A stretch of DNA of 64,000 nt from NCBI GenBank assembly GCA_964652685.1, contig CAZZBS010000007.1, positions 20,544-84,543 of the forward strand. Reading direction: 5' to 3'. The DNA is from an uncultured Lentimicrobiaceae bacterium (GTDB lineage: Bacteria > Bacteroidota > Bacteroidia > Bacteroidales > SKPS01). The notes under the pieces were generated by a model. It saw only the letters and a program-made list of their open reading frames with translations, was not told where the DNA came from and ran no database searches. A program made the position numbers and the translations under genes. Positions 16,727 to 24,640 of the stretch are shown piece after piece (position 1 is the first letter of the stretch; each line of letters begins with the position of its first letter).

Positions 16727-19174
16727 ATGCTGATGAAATTCCACCACGCTCACAGGTTATCTGCTCCCTCCGCTTTTTTCTTTGTCCTCCTTCTACTGTT
16801 GTCGTCCTGTTCCATCACCAAAAACCTGGATAAAGGTGAATATCTGTTGCGCAGGAACAGGGTACAGGTGATGGCTGAAGCGGAGAAAGGGAATTTTACG
16901 ACAGATGAACTGGTGCGGTACTACCGACAGAAACCCAATAAACGGATGTTCAGGGTGGTTGCCTTTCATGCAGCGGCTTATAATTTCGGTGAATCAATCC
17001 ATCTTTCTGATTCTGCAGGATTTTCGAAGGTTCGCAAATGGGGATGGAAACGAAAGAACCGCTTCCGTAACTGGATCATGGAGAACGGTGAAGCACCTGT
17101 AATACTCGATACAATGGCTGTTGAAAGAACCACAACGCAACTCGCCTCTTTCCTTTTCACACGGGGTCATTTCTCGGCACAAGCAGAAGGACAGGTCACT
17201 TACAGGAAAAAGAAAGCGGTGGTAACTTACATTGTATATCCGGGTGAAGGGCACAATATACGTAATTATCGTGTGGATATTCCTTCCGAAGGGATCAGGA
17301 AGCTTTACCAGGAAAAAGAAAACCAGTCGCTCATCAGAAATGGTATGCCCTATGACGAAAAAGTCTTTCAACAGGAAAGGGACAGGATCACCAGGCTTCT
17401 CAAGGATAGCGGGTATTATCATTTTAATAAGGCCTATATCGTGATCGAGGTAGATACATTTATTGACGGTAATTTCGCAGATGTATTCCTGAAAATACTG
17501 GATCAGAGCTTTTATGATGAAGAGGTGAAGGACTCGCTGATCGTTAAGCCCCATGTCAGGAGCAGGATCGGCAGGATCTTTATAAATCCTGAATATGAAG
17601 GGGTATTTGTCCAGAAAGATTACCAGTTGATCCCCGTTGAGATTGAAAACAGGAAAACAGGCCAGAAAAGCAACTATCATTTTTATGCCTCAGGAGCGAT
17701 GGATTACAAGCCTCACATCCTGATACGCAATATTCTGCTGGAACCGGGGCAGATCTATTGCCTGCGGGATGTTGAACGTACCTACCTACATCTTTCCGAC
17801 CTGGGCAATTTCAGCAATATATCCATCACGTTCCGGGATTCGCCGGACCCTCCTGCTGGCCATGATACGACGGTGCTGTGGCTTGATTGTAGTATCAGCA
17901 TGAGCCGACTTTCACAGCAGGCATATGATGTTCGAATGGATGTTACCAACAGGGCAGGCGATCCGGGTTTGTCATCCTACCTGGTATACCAGAACAGAAA
18001 TCTGTTCAGGGGTGCGGAGCTGATGACCCTGTCCCTGAAAGGAGCACTTGAAGTGCAGAAAATTCTTGACAAAGACCAGATGGCTCATACCATTATCAAC
18101 AACCTGCCATTCAATACAGTGGAACTGGGTGCTGATGCTGATTTCCGGATTCCGAAGTTTGTGATCCCTTTTCGCCTGGCAGGCCTGCCCAAGACATTCA
18201 AACCAAAAACCCGGTTGTCGGCCGGCGTAAATTTCCAGGAAAGGCCTGATTATAAACGATATATCCTGAAAGTAACCTCAGGTTATGAATGGCAGTTCAG
18301 GCAGAATACCACCATGGCTGTCAATCCGTTTGAACTTAACTCTGTCTCAATATTCCCCGATCCCTCTTTTATCGAAAAGATCAATGCACTCAATGACGAG
18401 CGGCTTAAGAATTCCTATTCCGATCATATCATCACAGCCATTACCTATTCAATGATCATTGATAACCAGGGGGGAGCAGCACGTAACCGCTATTCCTTCA
18501 TCAGGATCAACCTTGAATCAGCCGGTTTCGTACTTGACCTCTTCCGCGACAGACTTAATTATTCGGTGAGTGAAGAGGGGATGGCCATGATTTTCAACCT
18601 GCCATATGCGCAATACATCCGCGGAGATATTGACTACCGGCAGTTTTTTCGATTGCGTCAGAAAGACCACCTGTTTGCTACCCGGCTTTACCTTGGATTG
18701 GGGAACCCTTACAGCAATATGGATGTCCTTCCGTTCGAGAAGAGTTTTTATGTGGGAGGTGCCAATGGGATACGTGCTTGGCCTGTAAGAACGATAGGAC
18801 CTGGATCCTATCACGATGAAAACAACCTGACCCGTTTTGACCGCACTGGAGACCTGGGGCTGGAAGCAAGCATAGAATACCGGTTCCCTATATATAGTTC
18901 ATTTCATGGCGCACTCTTCCTCGATGGAGGCAATGTCTGGTTGAAAAATAAAAATGACAAATATCCGGGAGGTGAAATTGCCATGGATCGTTTCCTTTCT
19001 GAAATAGCGATCGGGAGCGGATTTGGGTTAAGGTTTGTCACATTCTTTGTGATCAGGCTGGATGCTGGTATTAAACTTCGTGATCCCGGAAAACCCTCCG
19101 GGGAACGTTGGATGTTTGACCAGATCAGGCTTAAAAATATAAACTGGAATTTTGCGATCGGTTATTCAATCTGA
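16727..19174 (+). CDS. BamA/TamA-family outer membrane protein, lipoprotein type (TamL-like)
   Basis: - Lipoprotein signal with lipobox: FFFVLLLLLSSC|SITKN.
- POTRA-like N-region.
- C-terminal Omp85/surface-antigen barrel: FYVGGANGIRAWP, GDLGLEASIEYRFP, GALFLDGGNVW, GFGLRF...IRLDAGIKL, ending NWNFAIGYSI.

The gene starts 7 nt after the upstream gene's stop. Confidence 0.75.
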   Translation: MLMKFHHAHRLSAPSAFFFVLLLLLSSCSITKNLDKGEYLLRRNRVQVMAEAEKGNFTTDELVRYYRQKPNKRMFRVVAFHAAAYNFGESIHLSDSAGFSKVRKWGWKRKNRFRNWIMENGEAPVILDTMAVERTTTQLASFLFTRGHFSAQAEGQVTYRKKKAVVTYIVYPGEGHNIRNYRVDIPSEGIRKLYQEKENQSLIRNGMPYDEKVFQQERDRITRLLKDSGYYHFNKAYIVIEVDTFIDGNFADVFLKILDQSFYDEEVKDSLIVKPHVRSRIGRIFINPEYEGVFVQKDYQLIPVEIENRKTGQKSNYHFYASGAMDYKPHILIRNILLEPGQIYCLRDVERTYLHLSDLGNFSNISITFRDSPDPPAGHDTTVLWLDCSISMSRLSQQAYDVRMDVTNRAGDPGLSSYLVYQNRNLFRGAELMTLSLKGALEVQKILDKDQMAHTIINNLPFNTVELGADADFRIPKFVIPFRLAGLPKTFKPKTRLSAGVNFQERPDYKRYILKVTSGYEWQFRQNTTMAVNPFELNSVSIFPDPSFIEKINALNDERLKNSYSDHIITAITYSMIIDNQGGAARNRYSFIRINLESAGFVLDLFRDRLNYSVSEEGMAMIFNLPYAQYIRGDIDYRQFFRLRQKDHLFATRLYLGLGNPYSNMDVLPFEKSFYVGGANGIRAWPVRTIGPGSYHDENNLTRFDRTGDLGLEASIEYRFPIYSSFHGALFLDGGNVWLKNKNDKYPGGEIAMDRFLSEIAIGSGFGLRFVTFFVIRLDAGIKLRDPGKPSGERWMFDQIRLKNINWNFAIGYSI

Positions 19175-19188
19175 AAGTGTGACAGGTC

Positions 19189-20631
19189 ATGGAGGAGTAT
19201 CATTCAGGACGGTTTGCCAAAAACCTGCTGCAGTGCTTCAGTTATGAGCCTACGGAATGCCAGCAGGCAGCCGTTGGTTTACTTTCCCGTTTCCTGTATG
19301 ACCCGGAACCAGGTATCCTGTTCCTTTTAAAAGGATATGCAGGAACAGGGAAAACCTCGTTGATCAGTGCTTTTGTCAAAGTATTGGATACCTTGAAGAT
19401 AAAGAACCGGTTGTTGGCACCTACCGGTAGGGCGGCCAAGGTGCTGGGATCTTATGCCGGGAAAAGTGCCCATACCATACACCGGTTTATTTACCAGGTG
19501 TACACAGCAGCAGATGGCAGCACGGTGATTGTCCCCCGCCAGAACAAGACACCCGATACAATATATATCGTCGATGAGGTCTCCATGATCCAGGGAACTG
19601 ACGTTCAGGAAGACGAGGCATTGGCTTTCGGGGGCCACAACATCCTGGATGATCTTGTCCGGTTTGTTTATTCATCAGATAACTGCCGAATGATTTTTAT
19701 CGGAGACCAGGCACAGCTGCCACCGGTGGGTACCATCATAAGCCCTGCATTGGATAAGGACTACCTGGAAAGCAGGTATAACCTTAGGGTCAACGTTCAC
19801 CAGCTTGAGCAGGTTGTCAGGCAGGAGGCTGAATCGGGGATCCTTATGAACGCAACCGCATTACGCGAAAAGATCACAGCCCGGCACCCCTCCCTTCCTT
19901 TGCTGACCCTTTCAGGTACGGATGTGATACCGGTCAGCGGACAGGACCTGCTCGACGAAATGGCCTCTTCCTTCATATACCGGGATGACCATACCGCGGT
20001 GGTGATCACCCGCTCGAACAAACGGGCCAACATGTATAACCAGGAAATCAGGCGCAGGATCCTCTACCGCGAGTTTGACCTGGAGGGTGGCGACCTCATG
20101 ATGGCCGTAAAAAATAACTATTACTGGCTGCCTGAAGAAAGCCCTGCCGGCTTCATCGCCAATGGAGATATGCTGGAAGTGGTCAGGATCAGAAACACCG
20201 AGGAACGTTACGGATTCCGGTTTGCTGACGCACTGGTCAGGTTGGTGGACTACCCGGACGAACCGGCATTGGAGGTGAAACTGTTGCTCTCTGCCATCTT
20301 TTCAGAAAATGCATCCCTGACAAGGAACGATCAGATGACCCTTTTTCATGCCGTCCGGGACGAAATTGCCCGGTCAACTGACCCTGAAATACCGAAAGGA
20401 GTCAGCGCCCACCCCTATTATAATGCATTGCAGGTAAAATTTGCCTATGCCCTGACATGCCATAAAACACAGGGAGGACAATGGGAAAAAGTATTCCTGG
20501 ATCAGGGATGGCTGCCGGAAGATAAAATAGACCTGGAATATCTGCGTTGGCTCTATACAGCTGTGACCAGAGCGACAAAAAAACTGTTTCTGATCGGGTT
20601 CAGCGACCAATACCTGAATTTAACAGAATAA
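19189..20631 (+). CDS. SF1B RecD/Pif1-like ATP-dependent DNA helicase
   Basis: 480 aa. Motifs are Walker A GYAGTGKTS, APTGRAAKVL, Walker B IYIVDEVSM, FIGDQAQLPPV and C-terminal YALTCHKTQGGQWEKVFL. The gene starts 14 nt after the TamL-like stop. Confidence 0.8.
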   Translation: MEEYHSGRFAKNLLQCFSYEPTECQQAAVGLLSRFLYDPEPGILFLLKGYAGTGKTSLISAFVKVLDTLKIKNRLLAPTGRAAKVLGSYAGKSAHTIHRFIYQVYTAADGSTVIVPRQNKTPDTIYIVDEVSMIQGTDVQEDEALAFGGHNILDDLVRFVYSSDNCRMIFIGDQAQLPPVGTIISPALDKDYLESRYNLRVNVHQLEQVVRQEAESGILMNATALREKITARHPSLPLLTLSGTDVIPVSGQDLLDEMASSFIYRDDHTAVVITRSNKRANMYNQEIRRRILYREFDLEGGDLMMAVKNNYYWLPEESPAGFIANGDMLEVVRIRNTEERYGFRFADALVRLVDYPDEPALEVKLLLSAIFSENASLTRNDQMTLFHAVRDEIARSTDPEIPKGVSAHPYYNALQVKFAYALTCHKTQGGQWEKVFLDQGWLPEDKIDLEYLRWLYTAVTRATKKLFLIGFSDQYLNLTE

Positions 20632-20656
20632 CAAACCGGAACATCATCTTTTTCAC

Positions 20657-20664
20657 TATATTTG
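20657..20664 (+). promoter_or_regulatory. -7 box TATATTTG upstream of the 258-aa secreted-protein gene
   Basis: Exact TAnnTTTG match, 42 nt upstream of ATG 20706. Confidence 0.4.
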
Positions 20665-20705
20665 CCTGTTCCAAGGGAACACCCATTGGAAATCCATACC
20701 GTGTA

Positions 20706-21479
20706 ATGATGAGGATAAAAAATATACTGACAGTAGGATTTTTGATTATATGTTCACTCCTGGCAGATCCCGTTGCCGCACAAAAAAACATAAAAGATTC
20801 GGCAGTATCTGTCTGGTTTTTTCAACCGCAGATCAGTGTACAATTTCCACAGGGAGCTATGAAAGAACGCTTCTATACCAATACGGCTGTTGGTTTTGGC
20901 ATTCATCGTAAATTCCCTTCCAACTGGCTCTTCGGTATTGAAATGAATTATCTTTTTGCGGAAAAGGTGCGGAATGAAGATCAGGTGCTTAAGAACATCA
21001 CCACAAGTGAAGGTTTTGTGATTGATCAAACCGGGGTGTTTGCCAATGTCCATTTGCGTGAGCGTGGTTTTTACGGTGGCGTCAGGGGTGGTCGGATATT
21101 TTCCACCCCCTTCGGGAACCCCAATTCAGGCATCCTGCTTATGGGCATGGTCGGTGTGCTTCAGCATAAGATAAGGATTGAGGTGCATGAAAACACAGCA
21201 CCACAGCTTGATGGTGATTATAAAAAAGGATATGACAAGCTTACCAACGGGCCCGCCGGTTCTATATACCTGGGTTATCTCCATTTCAGCAACCACCAGC
21301 TAACCAATTTCTCAGTGGGCGTCGAATATCTTGCAGCATCCACACGAAGCCGCAGAGATTATGATTTTGTACTCATGGGGAAAGATGAAACCCTGCGCAG
21401 GGACCAGCTCCTTTCCGTCCGTTTCACCTGGATCATACCTTTCTACCAGCGGGCTCCCAAAGATTTCTACACTAACTAA
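20706..21479 (+). CDS. Hypothetical secreted or outer-membrane protein
   Basis: 258 aa from ATG 20706. The signal peptide is MMRIKNILTVGFLIICSLLADPVAAQ. The Gly/aromatic-rich alternating pattern suggests a small beta-barrel. No family was recognised. It lies 7 nt upstream of waaA. Confidence 0.6.
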   Translation: MMRIKNILTVGFLIICSLLADPVAAQKNIKDSAVSVWFFQPQISVQFPQGAMKERFYTNTAVGFGIHRKFPSNWLFGIEMNYLFAEKVRNEDQVLKNITTSEGFVIDQTGVFANVHLRERGFYGGVRGGRIFSTPFGNPNSGILLMGMVGVLQHKIRIEVHENTAPQLDGDYKKGYDKLTNGPAGSIYLGYLHFSNHQLTNFSVGVEYLAASTRSRRDYDFVLMGKDETLRRDQLLSVRFTWIIPFYQRAPKDFYTN

Positions 21480-21486
21480 CCAACGC

Positions 21487-22713
21487 ATGTTCAGATTTTT
21501 ATACGGATGTGCCCTGCGAATCTATGTGTTACTGATCAGGATCGCATCACCTTTGAATCCTAAAGCGAAAAAATGGATTACAGGCCGTAAAAACCTGCTC
21601 AGGGAGATACGACAACACCTGAACGGTACAGACAAGTTGATCTGGTTCCACGTCGCGTCTCTTGGCGAATTTGAACAGGGAAGGCCCCTGATGGAAGCTA
21701 TCAGGAAAAAACACCCCGGAAAGAAAATCCTTCTTACCTTCTTCTCCCCCTCAGGCTATGAGGTAAGAAAAGATTATCCGGATGTTGATCATGTGTATTA
21801 TCTTCCGATAGATACTTCAAGAAAGATGAGGGCATTCCTTGATGCCGTAAATCCTGAATCTCTCTTTATTATTAAATATGAATTCTGGTTTAACCTTTTT
21901 AATGAGTTAAAGAAACGGGACATTAAACTTTACCTGGTTGCCGGATTTTTCCGGCCCGGCCAGTACTTCTTCAGATGGTGGGGAAAGTGGTTCCTAAAAA
22001 ATCTGCATGCCATTTCATGGTTTTTTTTGCAGGATACCCGTTCACAAGAACTTCTTAAAAACCATGGTTTTTCGAATATTACCGTGTGCGGTGATACCCG
22101 GTTCGACCGTGTTGCCCGCATTGCACAATCGGATGAAGCGGTGGTGCTGCCGAATTCTTTTCCCGATGGTTCACCGGTGATTGTTGCCGGGAGTACCTGG
22201 CCTCCGGATGAGAACTGCCTGTCAGCCGCAATAAAACACTTTCCGGAGGTAAAATGGATCATCGCCCCTCATCAGGTGGATGAAGCTCATGTCCATCAGC
22301 TCATGAAACTATTGCCTGTCGGGACAAAGAAATGGTCGGAAAAAGAAATACCTGATGGAACAAGAATCATGGTTGTGGATTCCATCGGATTGTTGAACAG
22401 GTTATACCGTTACGCTACCATCGCCTATATAGGGGGTGGTTTCGGCAAAGGGATACACAATGTTCTGGAAGCCGCAGTTTATGGATGCCCCGTGGTTTTT
22501 GGCCCCAATTACCGTATTTCCAGGGAAGCCCATGACCTGATCCGGATGGGTGGTGGCTTTTCGATCAACCGGGAGGAGAAGCTTCTCGAAATTTTTAACG
22601 CGCTGTTGTTCAATAAAGAGATGTATAACGCAGCTTCGGAAGCAGCCAGGGAATATGTGAAGAGTGGTCTTGGCGCTACCGAAATCATTCTTGAAAAAAC
22701 CGGCTATTCCTGA
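21487..22713 (+). CDS. waaA: 3-deoxy-D-manno-octulosonic acid (Kdo) transferase
   Basis: The sequence begins MFRFLYGCALRIYVLLIRIASPLNPKAKKWITGRKN and includes WFHVASLGEFEQGRPL, the KdtA/WaaA N-terminal signature. The GT-B C-terminal half includes IAYIGGGFGKGIHNVLEAAVYG. The ORF-track start at 21331 overlaps the upstream gene. Confidence 0.85.
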   Translation: MFRFLYGCALRIYVLLIRIASPLNPKAKKWITGRKNLLREIRQHLNGTDKLIWFHVASLGEFEQGRPLMEAIRKKHPGKKILLTFFSPSGYEVRKDYPDVDHVYYLPIDTSRKMRAFLDAVNPESLFIIKYEFWFNLFNELKKRDIKLYLVAGFFRPGQYFFRWWGKWFLKNLHAISWFFLQDTRSQELLKNHGFSNITVCGDTRFDRVARIAQSDEAVVLPNSFPDGSPVIVAGSTWPPDENCLSAAIKHFPEVKWIIAPHQVDEAHVHQLMKLLPVGTKKWSEKEIPDGTRIMVVDSIGLLNRLYRYATIAYIGGGFGKGIHNVLEAAVYGCPVVFGPNYRISREAHDLIRMGGGFSINREEKLLEIFNALLFNKEMYNAASEAAREYVKSGLGATEIILEKTGYS

Positions 22714-24107
22714 TCCTTGTACCTGATAACCAGGTTGGCGTATAACACAGGTATGGAGGTGGGCTTGTCCGTGATCATCCCCTTTTCATCCAGCAGAAAC
22801 ATGACCGGTGTGACGGATACATTGAATTCGTCCACAACTGGTGATAAAAAGCCCATATAATCAGACACATCGGTCCATGTAACTCCGTAATGGTCCAATG
22901 TCTTCCTGAGTGAATCCTGTTCTTCAGCAAGCGAAAATGAGAAAATCTTCAATCCTTTCTCACTGTATTCTTTACTTATGTCGACAAGACCGGGTAGTAC
23001 TGCTTCACAATGGTCACAGCCCAGACTCCAGATAAGCAATAAAGTGCGAGTACCCATTTCATCCTTCAGGCATTTGTATTCTTCTTTTATTGTCATCCCG
23101 CATACATCCGGAACCTCTGCACCGACAGAGGTGTTCCTGATGGCCTGGATCCTTTGCCTGTACACATCTTTCAGGGTAGGATTACCCAGGGGTGATTGCA
23201 GGTAATGGTTTTCCACAAGATGGATGAAAACTTTCTCCCAGATACCGATTTCGAAATTTTTAATGAAGAGTTCGATGCAGTATTGATAAACTTCATCATG
23301 GGCCATGGCTTTTTGCAGGATCTCATCGATCAGTTCGATATATACAGCAGAAGAGGGTGGTTGTGCGAAGTTTTTCATGTAATCATTGATCATGACATAC
23401 AGCACTTCGGTGTGGAGCATCCTGGGATCGCTGAAGTTCATTCTGTCAAAGAAGTGTTTCCGGTAAAACTCCTTCTCGGAAGGGTAGGGGTTTCCTCCCC
23501 TGAGGAGATATTCCCGGTAATCGGGTTTCTGGAATGACCAGATCAATTTTGGGGCAAAGAGTCCCGGATGGTCAATCATCATCTGGTAAATGAATGCGAG
23601 CTTCCGGAATTCCAGCTGGTCGGCACGTTGCTGAAGTTCATCAAGGATCTTGGAGGGTTTGCCCTGTGAGGTATAATAGATCTCACGCCCTTTCTGAATG
23701 AGGTCATCCAGTGTGTCCTGTATCCTGAAATAATACTTCCAGTAATCAAACAGTAGCTTGTTTTCTGTCGAACCGTGTACCTGCATCGCTTCAATGATGG
23801 CCGGGAGGCGCGATTCAAGAATAACAGGTTCTCCTGTGAAGATGATATCGGTAAACAGGGTGTCGTTGAATACAATCTTGTAGACCCCATGGGGCAACTG
23901 TTCTGCCCCGTAAAAGGATACTGTTTCCGCCTCTATCTGACAGGAATCGATAGCAGTGACTTGACCGCCATAAACCTCGCAGAGCCAGGCCATGCTGTCA
24001 TGCACTCCATGAAGTGTATAGTTGATCCGGTAACCCTCGGTGTGCCCCTGCGCCCAACAGGTCAGAGATACCGGAAGGAGGATCCATACAATAAGACGTT
24101 TGATCAT
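22704..24107 (-). CDS. Thioredoxin-fold (TlpA/AhpC-like) protein with a large N-terminal domain
   Basis: 467 aa from ATG 24107. The signal peptide is MIKRLIVWILLPVSLTCWAQ. The C-terminal thioredoxin-like domain carries a CxxC motif (WSLGCDHCE). The ORF-track 5' extension to 24353 runs through tRNA-Leu and is spurious. Confidence 0.75.
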   Translation of the reverse strand: MIKRLIVWILLPVSLTCWAQGHTEGYRINYTLHGVHDSMAWLCEVYGGQVTAIDSCQIEAETVSFYGAEQLPHGVYKIVFNDTLFTDIIFTGEPVILESRLPAIIEAMQVHGSTENKLLFDYWKYYFRIQDTLDDLIQKGREIYYTSQGKPSKILDELQQRADQLEFRKLAFIYQMMIDHPGLFAPKLIWSFQKPDYREYLLRGGNPYPSEKEFYRKHFFDRMNFSDPRMLHTEVLYVMINDYMKNFAQPPSSAVYIELIDEILQKAMAHDEVYQYCIELFIKNFEIGIWEKVFIHLVENHYLQSPLGNPTLKDVYRQRIQAIRNTSVGAEVPDVCGMTIKEEYKCLKDEMGTRTLLLIWSLGCDHCEAVLPGLVDISKEYSEKGLKIFSFSLAEEQDSLRKTLDHYGVTWTDVSDYMGFLSPVVDEFNVSVTPVMFLLDEKGMITDKPTSIPVLYANLVIRYKDQE

Positions 24108-24136
24108 ACCAGGGATGATTTTTCCGATTGGGAAGG

Positions 24137-24144
24137 CAAAAATA
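24137..24144 (-). promoter_or_regulatory. -7 box TATTTTTG (minus strand) upstream of the thioredoxin-fold gene
   Basis: The plus strand reads CAAAAATA, 30 nt upstream of the start at 24107. Confidence 0.4.
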
Positions 24145-24196
24145 GCAATAAAGCCGGTAACGTTGCCCGATAAATCGAAAGTGTGTGGCGGGCTAT

Positions 24197-24220
24197 AAAA
24201 AAACCCCGCAGGAACGGGGT
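24197..24220 (-). terminator. Rho-independent terminator after tRNA-Leu
   Basis: The minus strand reads ACCCCG-TTCCTG-CGGGGT followed by TTTTTTT, 12 nt past the tRNA-Leu 3' end. Confidence 0.65.
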
Positions 24221-24231
24221 CAGGAGGGAAG

Positions 24232-24316
24232 TACCCGAGGCCGGGATCGAACCGGCACGGACACAATGTCCATTGGATTTTAAGTCCAACGCGTCTACCA
24301 ATTCCGCCACCCGGGC
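24232..24316 (-). tRNA. tRNA-Leu (anticodon UAA)
   Basis: The minus strand reads GCCCGGGTGGCGGAATTGGTAGACGCGTTGGA-CTTAAAA-TCCAATGGACATTGTGTCCGTGCCGGTTCGATCCCGGCCTCGGGTA. It has a cloverleaf, a 7-nt anticodon loop with TAA, a long variable arm and a GGTTCGATCC T-loop. CCA is not encoded. Confidence 0.9.
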
Positions 24317-24418
24317 AAAATCCTCTGTATAATGATGGCTGAAAATCAAACATCCGTATGGGAAAGGGCTATCTGATTTTCAGCCATGTTTCTGAACATA
24401 AGAACGTTTGATGTTTTG

Positions 24419-24491
<73 letters not shown>

Positions 24492-24510
24492 ATGACAGAA
24501 TTTCGGAGTG

Positions 24511-24540
24511 CAAAGATATATGATAATTTCATTCTGCAAA
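24511..24540 (-). promoter_or_regulatory. Promoter of the tRNA-Gly/tRNA-Leu unit: TTTG, 18-nt spacer, TATCTTTG (minus strand)
   Basis: On the plus strand, CAAAGATA is at 24511-24518 and CAAA at 24537-24540. The -7 box ends 19 nt before the tRNA-Gly 5' end. Confidence 0.55.
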
Positions 24541-24640
24541 AAAAAACATTCAGGACCCTGTTATAACCTCGCATGATCTAAGACAGGCTATCTCCGCTCT
24601 CCTGTCTCAGGGTTCCTGTTTGCACTGCAGGTGGTGGGCT

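Noticed and set aside
16994-17680. 228-aa minus-strand ORF inside the TamL-like gene
   Set aside because: It is in the same codon-aligned antisense frame as above. It has no upstream promoter box and no recognisable domain, and the sense frame is continuous across an 815-aa Omp85-type protein.
24108-24353. 5' extension of the thioredoxin-fold ORF (ORF track 22704..24353)
   Set aside because: The extension runs straight through tRNA-Leu (24232-24316), its terminator and a -7 box at 24137. The mature-looking signal peptide begins at M83 (ATG 24107).
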